Assembly (NCBI GenBank): GCA_963667725.2
Contig: CAXXHO010000003.1
Span: 96,001 to 160,000 of the forward strand
Source of the DNA: Treponemataceae bacterium
GTDB taxonomy: Bacteria > Spirochaetota > Spirochaetia > Treponematales > Rectinemataceae
Reading direction: 5' to 3'
Length of the DNA stretch: 64,000 nucleotides
Shown here: positions 56,262 to 64,000 of the stretch, piece by piece
How positions within the stretch are numbered: the stretch's first letter is position 1
How the letters are laid out: every line of letters starts with the position of its first letter
Notes under the pieces: generated by a model
Told to the model about the DNA's origin: nothing
Seen by the model: only the letters and a program-made list of their open reading frames with translations
Databases searched by the model: none
Translations under genes and position numbers: made by a program

Positions 56262-56846
56262 ATGGATCATGCTGAAACTTCAATGTTGGATACCTATCTC
56301 ACGGATTCTGAGAAAAGGACACTGGAGTTGTTTCATGCCCTCGTCACCGAAAAGAGCTCTATGCGTGAATCCTATGCGATCCGGCTGGCTGACGTCCTCG
56401 GCAATCCCGGGGAATTCTCCTTCTATATCCACTGTACGGAAGACCAGCAGCTGATTCGGACCTTCCACCTCCTCCGTGTTTTCCGCGAAAACGTGGAACT
56501 CCTCGTCCACAAGACTTGGGTCAACGAAGCCGACGAAAAACCCAAGCAGATTCTCTTTGAAGATCTCAAGGTCTTTATAGAGGACTACAGGACGGAGAGA
56601 ATGGGGTCGGCCTTCAGACGGTTCGTGAGCATCGCCCGCGCCATTCCTTCCCTGCTCTTCGGATCTGCGGGAAGAGCTCCCGATTTCCTCGAATACGCGT
56701 TCCGCATAGATCCCAAGTTCGGCCTTTTCTTCTGGTATGTCGGCGAGCTGGAAAAACAGATGCGCTCCAATGTTGAAATCGTCGATAAGGACGATCTCTA
56801 CAGGATCGAGACGCTCCTGGGCGCTTACATCCTTTCCTGTTTCTGA
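56262..56846 (+). CDS. Hypothetical helical protein
   Basis: Good codon usage; F.ENVELL..KTW and DFLEYAFRIDPKFGLFFWY segments; divergent from DUF4954. Confidence 0.75.
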   Translation: MDHAETSMLDTYLTDSEKRTLELFHALVTEKSSMRESYAIRLADVLGNPGEFSFYIHCTEDQQLIRTFHLLRVFRENVELLVHKTWVNEADEKPKQILFEDLKVFIEDYRTERMGSAFRRFVSIARAIPSLLFGSAGRAPDFLEYAFRIDPKFGLFFWYVGELEKQMRSNVEIVDKDDLYRIETLLGAYILSCF

Positions 56847-57006
56847 GTCTCCTGCCGCCGTCCTTCTTCATCGCGCGATGGAGATGATTGCCTCCCCCCA
56901 TTCGCTGTCTCCCCGCATTAATTGATTTTAACGTTATTCGCTTGACATAATGTCCGGCCGGTGGCGTAAATGATGTCTGCATAGAGTAACGATCTTCGGG
57001 GATTCC

Positions 57007-58140
57007 ATGAAAAAACGCGATTTTTATAAAAAGACCTTGAACGCATTCCTTTTACTGGCGCTACTATTTTTATTGCCCGCGAAACTTTGCGCGCAGTTGA
57101 GGCTGTTCGGCGGAGGACTGGCCTTCAACCTCATCGACGCCGATTCGCTCTATCCCGAGTATCTCGCCGATCCCTACGCCCTCACGTCAGGCTTCAAGTA
57201 TTTCCAGGTAACCGATTACTCCGGCGTTCCCCAAACCATCCTCGCTTCCAACGGAACCGAATATGTGGAGATCCCCTTCGCTCACTACAGCGAGAGTGAA
57301 TTCTCGAGCCGCAACAGCTTCTACCAGATTAAGGGCTTCATCAATCTCAGCTTCGCGAGACTGGAGCTCTGGGACTTTCTCAAGGCGGAAGTGACGACGA
57401 ACGGCGGGATCAACACCGTCTTCCAGGCTTTCGGCGGAACGGACACACTCGGGTTCGACGGAATATGGCGGCTCGCCGGAACCCTGCGCCTCTTCGACGC
57501 GATTTCGCTCCGCTACGGCTGGCACCATTTCTCCGGCCATTGGGGGGACGAGACGATCGCTGACCTGCCCCAGCCAGGAGACGCCGATTACATTCCCTAT
57601 ACGCATTTGGAAGAATATACGCGAGCCAGCTCCCACGTATTCGGGGTGTCGGCCAACCCCGAGCCCTGGGCGCGTCTCTACTTCGAGGCCGAACTGCCGA
57701 TGCTCGAATCCTGGATTCGCCCGGGCATCCATATTCCCGCCGGATTCCTCTCACCGACCGGTGACGACCTGGCCTATCACATCCTCAATCAGGAAGGGCT
57801 TGTCGAGGAAGTGGGAAGTCTGCCCGCTTCATACAAGGCATGGAGGCTGCAGGCGGGAGCGGAACTGCGATGTCTTCTTGGCGATTGGGGCTCGCTTTTC
57901 CTCGCCGGCGATTTCCAGCTCCACCAGGATGGCCAGACCCTTCACCAGGTCGGAGGCTATGACCCCGAAAATCCCTGGGAATTCGAATATACCGTCGGGG
58001 GAGGGCTGGAGTATGAAAAAGGCTTCATGGGCCGGAAAATCCGGGTGGAAGCCTTTTATCATGCGGGGCGTTTTCCCCTCACCAACTATTTCTTCCTGAG
58101 GAGCGACTATATCTCGGTAGGTCTGGCGATCAACAACTGA
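57007..58140 (+). CDS. Secreted/outer-membrane protein, DUF1207-like
   Basis: Signal peptide, Y.ADP near the N-terminus, HHFSGHWGDE resembling the DUF1207 H.S.H.GDE motif, and alternating amphipathic beta-strands. Confidence 0.6.
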   Translation: MKKRDFYKKTLNAFLLLALLFLLPAKLCAQLRLFGGGLAFNLIDADSLYPEYLADPYALTSGFKYFQVTDYSGVPQTILASNGTEYVEIPFAHYSESEFSSRNSFYQIKGFINLSFARLELWDFLKAEVTTNGGINTVFQAFGGTDTLGFDGIWRLAGTLRLFDAISLRYGWHHFSGHWGDETIADLPQPGDADYIPYTHLEEYTRASSHVFGVSANPEPWARLYFEAELPMLESWIRPGIHIPAGFLSPTGDDLAYHILNQEGLVEEVGSLPASYKAWRLQAGAELRCLLGDWGSLFLAGDFQLHQDGQTLHQVGGYDPENPWEFEYTVGGGLEYEKGFMGRKIRVEAFYHAGRFPLTNYFFLRSDYISVGLAINN

Positions 58141-58159
58141 TTTTTGCGGCGCCTGGCGA

Positions 58160-60187
58160 TTACCTGTTGGACTTAGGCTGGAAGTGGCTGAATTCCATCG
58201 AGAAGGAAGCCCTGCCCTGACTCACCGAACGCAGGGAAGTCGTGAAGCCGAACATGGTGGAGAGCGGGGCTTCCACATGCACGACTTCTATCAGCGCCTT
58301 CGAATCCGAACCGTGGATCAGGCCGCCTCGCTGGGATACGAGGCTCATCACCTCTCCCACGAAATCCTTCGGCGTGGAAATATCCACTTTCATGATGGGC
58401 TCGAGGAGGACGGGGCTCGCGGTACGGCATGCCGAATCGTAGGCCATGTTGGCGCAGGCCTCGAAAGCGAACACGCTGGACGTGAGTTCGTCGTAGTGGA
58501 TGTCCACGAGGTTTATGCCGATGTCGACGGCCGGGTAACCGAACTGGATGCCCGAAGCGAAGGCCGACGTGATGCCGCGTTCGATAGCGTCGAATATTTC
58601 CTCGGGCACCTGCGGCGCGCGTACTGCTTTTTTGTAGACATTGCCGGTGCCGCGGGGGAGGGGAATCGCCTCGATCGTGAGCTTGGCGGTATTTTCCTTC
58701 CCGGCGAGAACTCGGTTGAATTCCTCGGTATGCCGCACTTCCTTCGTGATGGATTCGCGGTAGGTCACCTGTGGATTTCCCACCCGCGCCTGAACCTTGA
58801 AATCGCGAAGCATGCGCGTCACGAGAACATCGATGTGAAGTTCGCCCATGCCCGAGATGACGAGCTGCCCTGTCTCTTCGTTGTCCCTCGTGGTAAAGGT
58901 GGGGTCTTCGCGCGACAGGATGTCGAGGGTTTCCTTCAGTTTCTCCCTGTCCGAGAGGGTCTTGGGCTCGATGGACACCGATATGACCGGTTCGGGGAAA
59001 TGCATGCGCTCCAGCAGCACAGGCCAGCCCTCGGTGCCTATCGTATCCCCGGTCTGGGCCGTCTTGAGCCCCACGATGACCGCGATGTCGCCCGCGCCGG
59101 CTGTCTCCAAAGGTTCGCTCTTGTTGGCGTGCATCCTGAGGAGGCGGGTGATGCGTTCCCGCTTTTTCTTTGAGACATTGTAGACGACGCTGGCGTTATG
59201 GATGCTTCCGGAATACATGCGCACATAGCAGAGCGGGCCCGCTTCCCTGTCCCATTGCACCTTGAACACGAGGCCGAGGGGATAGCCCGACAGCTTGCAG
59301 GGCACCTCTATCTCTTCTTCTTTCTTCACGTGGATGGCCTTGACGGGCTCCACTTCATCGGGCGCGGGAAGAAAATCGACAACGGCGTCGAGAAGAGGCT
59401 GTACGCCGATATCCCGCCGCGAAGCTCCGCAGAGCACGGGCACGAGGATTCTGGCGATGCATGCCTTTCGCAATTCGGACCTTATGAGTTCGGCGGGGAT
59501 GTCCTCGCCGTTGAGGTACAGTTCGGTGATCGCGTCGGAATGCGAGGAGAGAGCGTCGAGGAGAGCGTCCCTGCGCGCCAAGGCGTCGGCCTTCCTTCCG
59601 TCGGCGATTGGGGTCGCCGTCATTTCGTTGCCGTCGCCGCTCCAGCGGATTTCCCGCATGGCGATGAGGTCGATGACGCCTTCGAAACTGCCCGAAGCGC
59701 CGATAGGGACGTTGACGGCGACGGGCGAGGCGCCTAGCTTCGCTTTCATATCCGCGACGACGGCGTCGAAGTCGGCGCCGAGTCTGTCCATTTTGTTGAC
59801 GTAGGCGATGCGGGGGACTTTATACTTGTCGGCTTGATGCCATACGGTTTCAGACTGGGGTTCGACGCCGCCTACCGCGCAGAAGACAGCCACTGCTCCG
59901 TCCAGCACGCGGAGTGAGCGTTCCACTTCGGCCGTGAAATCCACGTGTCCCGGCGTATCGATGATATTGATCTGATGCTCCCGCCAGAAGGTGGTCGTGG
60001 CGGCGCTCTGTATCGTTATGCCGCGTTCCTGTTCCTGATCCATCCAGTCCATCGTGGCTTCGCCGTCGTCCACCTCGCCAATCTTATAGGTCTTTCCTGA
60101 ATAGTAGAGTATGCGTTCCGTCGTCGTGGTTTTGCCGGCATCAATATGAGCCATGATCCCTATATTTCGTATTGTTCGAAGTTCCAT
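58160..60187 (-). CDS. fusA: Elongation factor G paralog (EF-G2-like)
   Basis: [38 protein letters not shown] and GMGELH motifs. Domain IV tip is divergent and the gene is not in an rpsL-rpsG-tuf operon. Confidence 0.93.
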   Translation of the reverse strand: MELRTIRNIGIMAHIDAGKTTTTERILYYSGKTYKIGEVDDGEATMDWMDQEQERGITIQSAATTTFWREHQINIIDTPGHVDFTAEVERSLRVLDGAVAVFCAVGGVEPQSETVWHQADKYKVPRIAYVNKMDRLGADFDAVVADMKAKLGASPVAVNVPIGASGSFEGVIDLIAMREIRWSGDGNEMTATPIADGRKADALARRDALLDALSSHSDAITELYLNGEDIPAELIRSELRKACIARILVPVLCGASRRDIGVQPLLDAVVDFLPAPDEVEPVKAIHVKKEEEIEVPCKLSGYPLGLVFKVQWDREAGPLCYVRMYSGSIHNASVVYNVSKKKRERITRLLRMHANKSEPLETAGAGDIAVIVGLKTAQTGDTIGTEGWPVLLERMHFPEPVISVSIEPKTLSDREKLKETLDILSREDPTFTTRDNEETGQLVISGMGELHIDVLVTRMLRDFKVQARVGNPQVTYRESITKEVRHTEEFNRVLAGKENTAKLTIEAIPLPRGTGNVYKKAVRAPQVPEEIFDAIERGITSAFASGIQFGYPAVDIGINLVDIHYDELTSSVFAFEACANMAYDSACRTASPVLLEPIMKVDISTPKDFVGEVMSLVSQRGGLIHGSDSKALIEVVHVEAPLSTMFGFTTSLRSVSQGRASFSMEFSHFQPKSNR

Positions 60188-60338
60188 CGAATGCTCCGAG
60201 GCGCAGGATAGTATCAAATGACAATATATACAAAAACGGCAACGGTTTTCAACCCGAGAAGGGGGCTGGCGCGCTATGCAGCTGATATATTCCGCAGCCA
60301 TCTTGAAATAGAAGGTCTTTACATCCTATAACATTATT

Positions 60339-62420
60339 GTGAAAAGAGTAGAATTACTTGCGCCAGCCGGTTCGCCGGAAGCGCTTAATGCGGCCCTCGG
60401 CGAGGGCGCGGACGCGGTGTACCTTGGCCTTCGCTCATTCAATGCCAGAATGCGCTCGGCAAACTTCGCCTTCAATCAGTTCGAGGCGAGCGTGCAGACC
60501 ATCCATGAGCATGGCAAAAAGGTATATGTAACAGTCAATACGGTCTTCGAGGAGAGGGAAACTGACCGAGTGTATCAGTTGCTTCAATTCCTCAACAGAC
60601 TCAAACCCGACGGCATAATCGTCCAGGACCTGGGCGTGCTCAAGATGGCGAGGGACAACTTCCCTTCGCTGGACCTCCATGCCTCCACGCAGATGAACGT
60701 GGCCTCCTCGCGCGGCTGTCACTTCCTCTCGCGTCAGGGCTTCAAGCGCGCTGTCCTCGCCAGGGAACTCACGCTCGAGGAAATCCGGACGGTCAGGCAG
60801 AGCACCCCTCTCGAGCTGGAAGTCTTCGTGCATGGCGCGCTCTGCGTTTCGGCGTCGGGCGTCTGCCTCTTTTCATCCTATCTGGGGGGGAAGAGCGCCA
60901 ACAGGGGGGCCTGCACCCAGGCCTGCAGGCGGCTCTACGAGTCCGAGACGAAGAAAGCCTTTTTCTTCTCGCCCGACGATCTTCAGCTCATTGATTATGT
61001 GCCTGACCTGATCGACATGGGCATAGACTCCTTCAAGATCGAAGGCAGGATGAAATCCGCCGAATATGTCGGCACCGTAGTCGCGGCCTACCGACACCTC
61101 ATCGACAACTGCCAGACCGATCGCGAAAGGGCCCTCGCCAAGGCCAAAGCCATGCTTCAGGCTGATTTCGCGCGCAGGAAGACTACGTTCTTCGTCGGCA
61201 GCGACAATCCCGACTTCATCCATCCCGACCAGGCCGGCGGAACCGGCATCCATCTCGGCAAGGTAAAGGACATAAGGGCTGTCGACGAGGAACATTGGGC
61301 TGTGATGAGCAGCTTCGACGGGCTCGCTGAAGGCGACTCCGTCCGAATCCACCGAGCCGACGATTCTGGCAGGATCACGGCCAAAATCAGGGGCGTGAGG
61401 AGCCAGGTAAACGGCATGCTTCTCAAGATCGACGGCGATTGGCGCCAGAATGACGATATCTACCTCATTCAGACCGCTTCGATGGCCAGAAGGTACAAGA
61501 ACGTCCTGCCCCATAGCCTGGACCGATACAGAGCCTTCCCCTCGAGGGATGAGGCTCCCCGGCCTCAGTTCGCCATGCCTCCGAAGAAAGACGCTTCCTC
61601 GCTTCCTGCCGGATATTACGCGCTGGTGGGCAAGGTAGCCGACCTGCACGCTGTGCTGGCCGCCGCGCCGCAGAAGGCCATGATCGTCTTCGACAAACTC
61701 AACGCCGAATCAATGCGCAAGAACGAATCCACCATTCCCTACAAGAGGGACAGGCTGGTCCTCTGGCTCGACCCTTATTACCCCGAGAGCGATGTGGCCT
61801 GGCTGGAGCCAGAACTCGACTATTGGATTTCCAAGGGCGTTCGCTATATCGTGGCCAATAACCTCGGCCACTTGGGCTATCTCCGCGGGAAAGACCTGGA
61901 TGTCATCGCTGGACCCTGGCTCTATGCCTTCAATCTTTGGGCAGCGGGATTCCTCTTCGACCAGGGCGTCCGCTACCTGATTCCGCCGATGGAAATCTCC
62001 AAACAGAATTTCATGCGAATCGCCGAGAGCATTCCGCCTTCGGCGATGATGCCCATCACCTTCTCCTATCCTCAGCTTTTCAGGATTAGAGGGGATCTCA
62101 GCGTGAAATACGACTCTTCCCACTTCATCGACAGGGACGGCGCTTCATATACGATGAACGGCCGCAGGGATTACACGGTCGTAGTGCCTGACAGGCCCTT
62201 CTCCATCATCGACAGGACAGCCTTCCTCCGAAAAGAGCATATCGACAAATTCATTCTCGATCTTTCGAACGCGAATCCCGCGCGCGGCATGTTCAGGGAT
62301 ATCGCGAAGGCAGCCGCCGAGGGCAAAGTTCTTCCCGACGCATCCCGCTTTAACTGGAAGGATGGGTTCTACAACGAGGATGAGACGCCGCAAGGCAAAT
62401 CGCCGCAGGAGAAAGCCTGA
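60339..62420 (+). CDS. Peptidase U32-family protein (RlhA/TrhP-like RNA hydroxylation protein)
   Basis: ELLAPAG, GADAVYLG, HASTQ, LAREL, EVFVHGALC.S.SG.C, NRG.C.Q.CR and KIEGR motifs. Confidence 0.9.
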   Translation: MKRVELLAPAGSPEALNAALGEGADAVYLGLRSFNARMRSANFAFNQFEASVQTIHEHGKKVYVTVNTVFEERETDRVYQLLQFLNRLKPDGIIVQDLGVLKMARDNFPSLDLHASTQMNVASSRGCHFLSRQGFKRAVLARELTLEEIRTVRQSTPLELEVFVHGALCVSASGVCLFSSYLGGKSANRGACTQACRRLYESETKKAFFFSPDDLQLIDYVPDLIDMGIDSFKIEGRMKSAEYVGTVVAAYRHLIDNCQTDRERALAKAKAMLQADFARRKTTFFVGSDNPDFIHPDQAGGTGIHLGKVKDIRAVDEEHWAVMSSFDGLAEGDSVRIHRADDSGRITAKIRGVRSQVNGMLLKIDGDWRQNDDIYLIQTASMARRYKNVLPHSLDRYRAFPSRDEAPRPQFAMPPKKDASSLPAGYYALVGKVADLHAVLAAAPQKAMIVFDKLNAESMRKNESTIPYKRDRLVLWLDPYYPESDVAWLEPELDYWISKGVRYIVANNLGHLGYLRGKDLDVIAGPWLYAFNLWAAGFLFDQGVRYLIPPMEISKQNFMRIAESIPPSAMMPITFSYPQLFRIRGDLSVKYDSSHFIDRDGASYTMNGRRDYTVVVPDRPFSIIDRTAFLRKEHIDKFILDLSNANPARGMFRDIAKAAAEGKVLPDASRFNWKDGFYNEDETPQGKSPQEKA

Positions 62421-62480
62421 TCGAGAATATCGGCATAAATTTCCGCTTGACGCCGATGCTACAGCGCTATATTCTTACTC

Positions 62481-62507
62481 AAATAATGAAACGCTGTTTT
62501 ATTATTT
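62481..62507. promoter_or_regulatory. Palindromic operator at the iclR-family promoter (probable autoregulatory site)
   Basis: AAATAATGAAAC-GCT-GTTTTATTATTT (11/12 symmetric), just downstream of TTGACG-17-TATTCT. Confidence 0.65.
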
Positions 62508-62536
62508 GGTTTTGACTGAAAGGACGTACAAAGACC

Positions 62537-63337
62537 ATGAGTGAATCGGCTGGTAAAGCGCTGGACATTCTCTTCTACCTTGCCAAGGTCGGCGGGGAAG
62601 TGAGTCTCGCACGCATGTCGAAGGAAACGGGGATGAACAAGGCCACGGCCCTGCGCTACCTCTCCGTCCTGGAATCTCGCGGCGTCGTTGAAAGACGGCC
62701 TGGCGGCTGGTCGCTCGGTCTATCTCTCTTTGAATTAGGCAGCAAGGTTCCCGTAAGGGCTCTCGTCGTTGAAAAAGTCCGTCCCATCATCGAACGCCTG
62801 GCCAGGGAATCGGGCGAATCGGTCAATCTCGCCTGCCTTGCAGGCGACAGCGCCATCTATCTGGACAGAGCGGAAGCGAATCGCAGCCTCCGCATGCGTT
62901 CGGCTCCCGGGGATAGGCTGCCGCTCTATTGTACCGGCGTGGGCAAGGCGATATTGTCCCAGCTTTCCGAGGATCGTATCCGCGCCCTGCTGGGATCCAT
63001 GCCGCTTCCCAAGATCAACGATACGACCCTCACCGAACCCGAGGACGTAATACGGGAAGCGCAGAGAGCCCATGAGCAAGGCTATGGCGTGGACCGAGAG
63101 GAATATGAGATCGGACTTACCTGCTACGCGATGCCCCTTCGCCTGCCCGGCTCGGATTTCGCCGGAGCAGTAAGCATTTCCGGCCCATCGGCCCGCATGA
63201 GAAGCCCCGAATCCAGGGAGCACTTCCTGGAGCTGCTGAAAGCCGCGACCCAGGAAGCGCTTCAGGCGATAAGCCCCTACAATCTTGTTCAGAATACGAC
63301 AACCCTTGTGGAATCCTCCACCTCTTCGGCTTCCTGA
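62537..63337 (+). CDS. IclR-family transcriptional regulator
   Basis: N-terminal HTH (KALDIL...MNKATALRYL); ESVNLA, PLYCTGVGKA, GYGVDREE and AVSISGP motifs. Confidence 0.95.
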   Translation: MSESAGKALDILFYLAKVGGEVSLARMSKETGMNKATALRYLSVLESRGVVERRPGGWSLGLSLFELGSKVPVRALVVEKVRPIIERLARESGESVNLACLAGDSAIYLDRAEANRSLRMRSAPGDRLPLYCTGVGKAILSQLSEDRIRALLGSMPLPKINDTTLTEPEDVIREAQRAHEQGYGVDREEYEIGLTCYAMPLRLPGSDFAGAVSISGPSARMRSPESREHFLELLKAATQEALQAISPYNLVQNTTTLVESSTSSAS

Positions 63338-63705
63338 GCCTGGGGAGGCATTGGCCCATCGTTTTTGTTCTCCGGCTTTATGGTTTTGAACTCCACGTGC
63401 TCGGCGACGATTTTGACCTTCGCCCGCTGTTTTCCCTCGGGATCCACCCAGCGATCCTGCTTCAGCCTGCCCACTACCCGCACGCCCCTGCCTTTCTTCA
63501 GATTCTGGGCGCAAGCCGTGCCGAGGCGGGACCAGGCTTCGATGTCGAAGTACGACACTTCCTTTTCGAATCCCTCCTCGCCGTTTTTATAGAAGCGATT
63601 GGTGGCGAGCGTGAAATCGCAGACCTGGCTGCCTGAAGGAAGCGTTTTCGTGTTCGGATCCTTGACGAGATTGCCTTCAACCAAAATGCTATTGAGTGAA
63701 TTCAT
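63289..63705 (-). CDS. ssb: Single-stranded DNA-binding protein
   Basis: LN...L.GNL..DP, F.LATNR, LKKG..V.V.GRL...W and VAE.V.F motifs; acidic C-terminus ending in F; AAGGAGG SD. Confidence 0.92.
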   Translation of the reverse strand: MNSLNSILVEGNLVKDPNTKTLPSGSQVCDFTLATNRFYKNGEEGFEKEVSYFDIEAWSRLGTACAQNLKKGRGVRVVGRLKQDRWVDPEGKQRAKVKIVAEHVEFKTIKPENKNDGPMPPQAQEAEEVEDSTRVVVF

Positions 63706-63848
63706 GAACCCTCCTTATTATCCTTGGAGCAAGACCGCACCGCGGCTGCGGTTGAACCCCCTTGCATAAATGAGACGTCCAAGGCCGCCGTTTTCGATTC
63801 AAGAATTCGAGTATTTGCAGTAATTCCCAATTCTGCTATAGTCAGGCA

Positions 63849-64000
63849 ATGACAGACTATTCCGGATATCTTTCACCCTTTTCCTGGCGCTACGGGACGG
63901 CCGAAATGCGTCGCCTCTGGAGCGAAGTGCACAAACGCGAACTCTGGCGCGGCATTTGGGTAAGCCTCGCGAAGGTGGAATCGGACTACGGGCTGACGAC
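63849..64000 (+). CDS. purB: Adenylosuccinate lyase, N-terminal fragment; runs off the window edge
   Basis: Not in the ORF track. MTDYSGYLSPFSWRYGTAEMRRLWSEVHKRELWRGIWVSLAKVESDYGL matches the Y.SP...RY...EM...WS......WR..W..LA..E...GL start of PurB. Confidence 0.75.
   Translation, partial: MTDYSGYLSPFSWRYGTAEMRRLWSEVHKRELWRGIWVSLAKVESDYGLT

Overview
This is a 64-kb chromosomal window from a GC-rich bacterium, most likely a free-living spirochaete. That is an inference from the lipoprotein MglB/LivK, the recycling-type EF-G paralog and the DUF4954, DUF1015 and FliG_C-type hypothetical proteins. The left end holds a type I restriction-modification locus (yhcG-like fragment, hsdS, hsdM). The rest is mostly housekeeping and metabolic: ZIP and CDF metal transporters, sbcB, an SH3/M48/CHASE2-adenylate-cyclase trio, a biotin ECF transporter, a B12 radical SAM protein, archaeal-type asparagine synthetase A, mglBAC, livKHMGF, GSIII with a sigma-54 promoter and adjacent enhancer-binding protein, a lysine-riboswitch-controlled asd-lysC-dapB-dapA-dapD-proC operon, nif3-lspA-DUF1015, serA-serC, hutU, EF-G2, a U32 protein, IclR, ssb and the start of purB. 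Five signals stand out. (1) An unannotated 28-codon Asn-rich leader peptide with terminator/antiterminator geometry lies upstream of asnA, a candidate asparagine-sensing attenuator. (2) A translationally coupled pair encodes a transmembrane-less MotA-like protein and a MotA-like/2xFliG_C fusion. (3) A candidate ~110-nt sRNA has an anti-Shine-Dalgarno terminator loop. (4) Many genes show leaderless promoter architecture. (5) The SH3-M48-CHASE2 trio looks like a signalling module. No rRNA, tRNA, CRISPR array or transposase was recognised. All family assignments come from motif recognition by eye, not from database searches.
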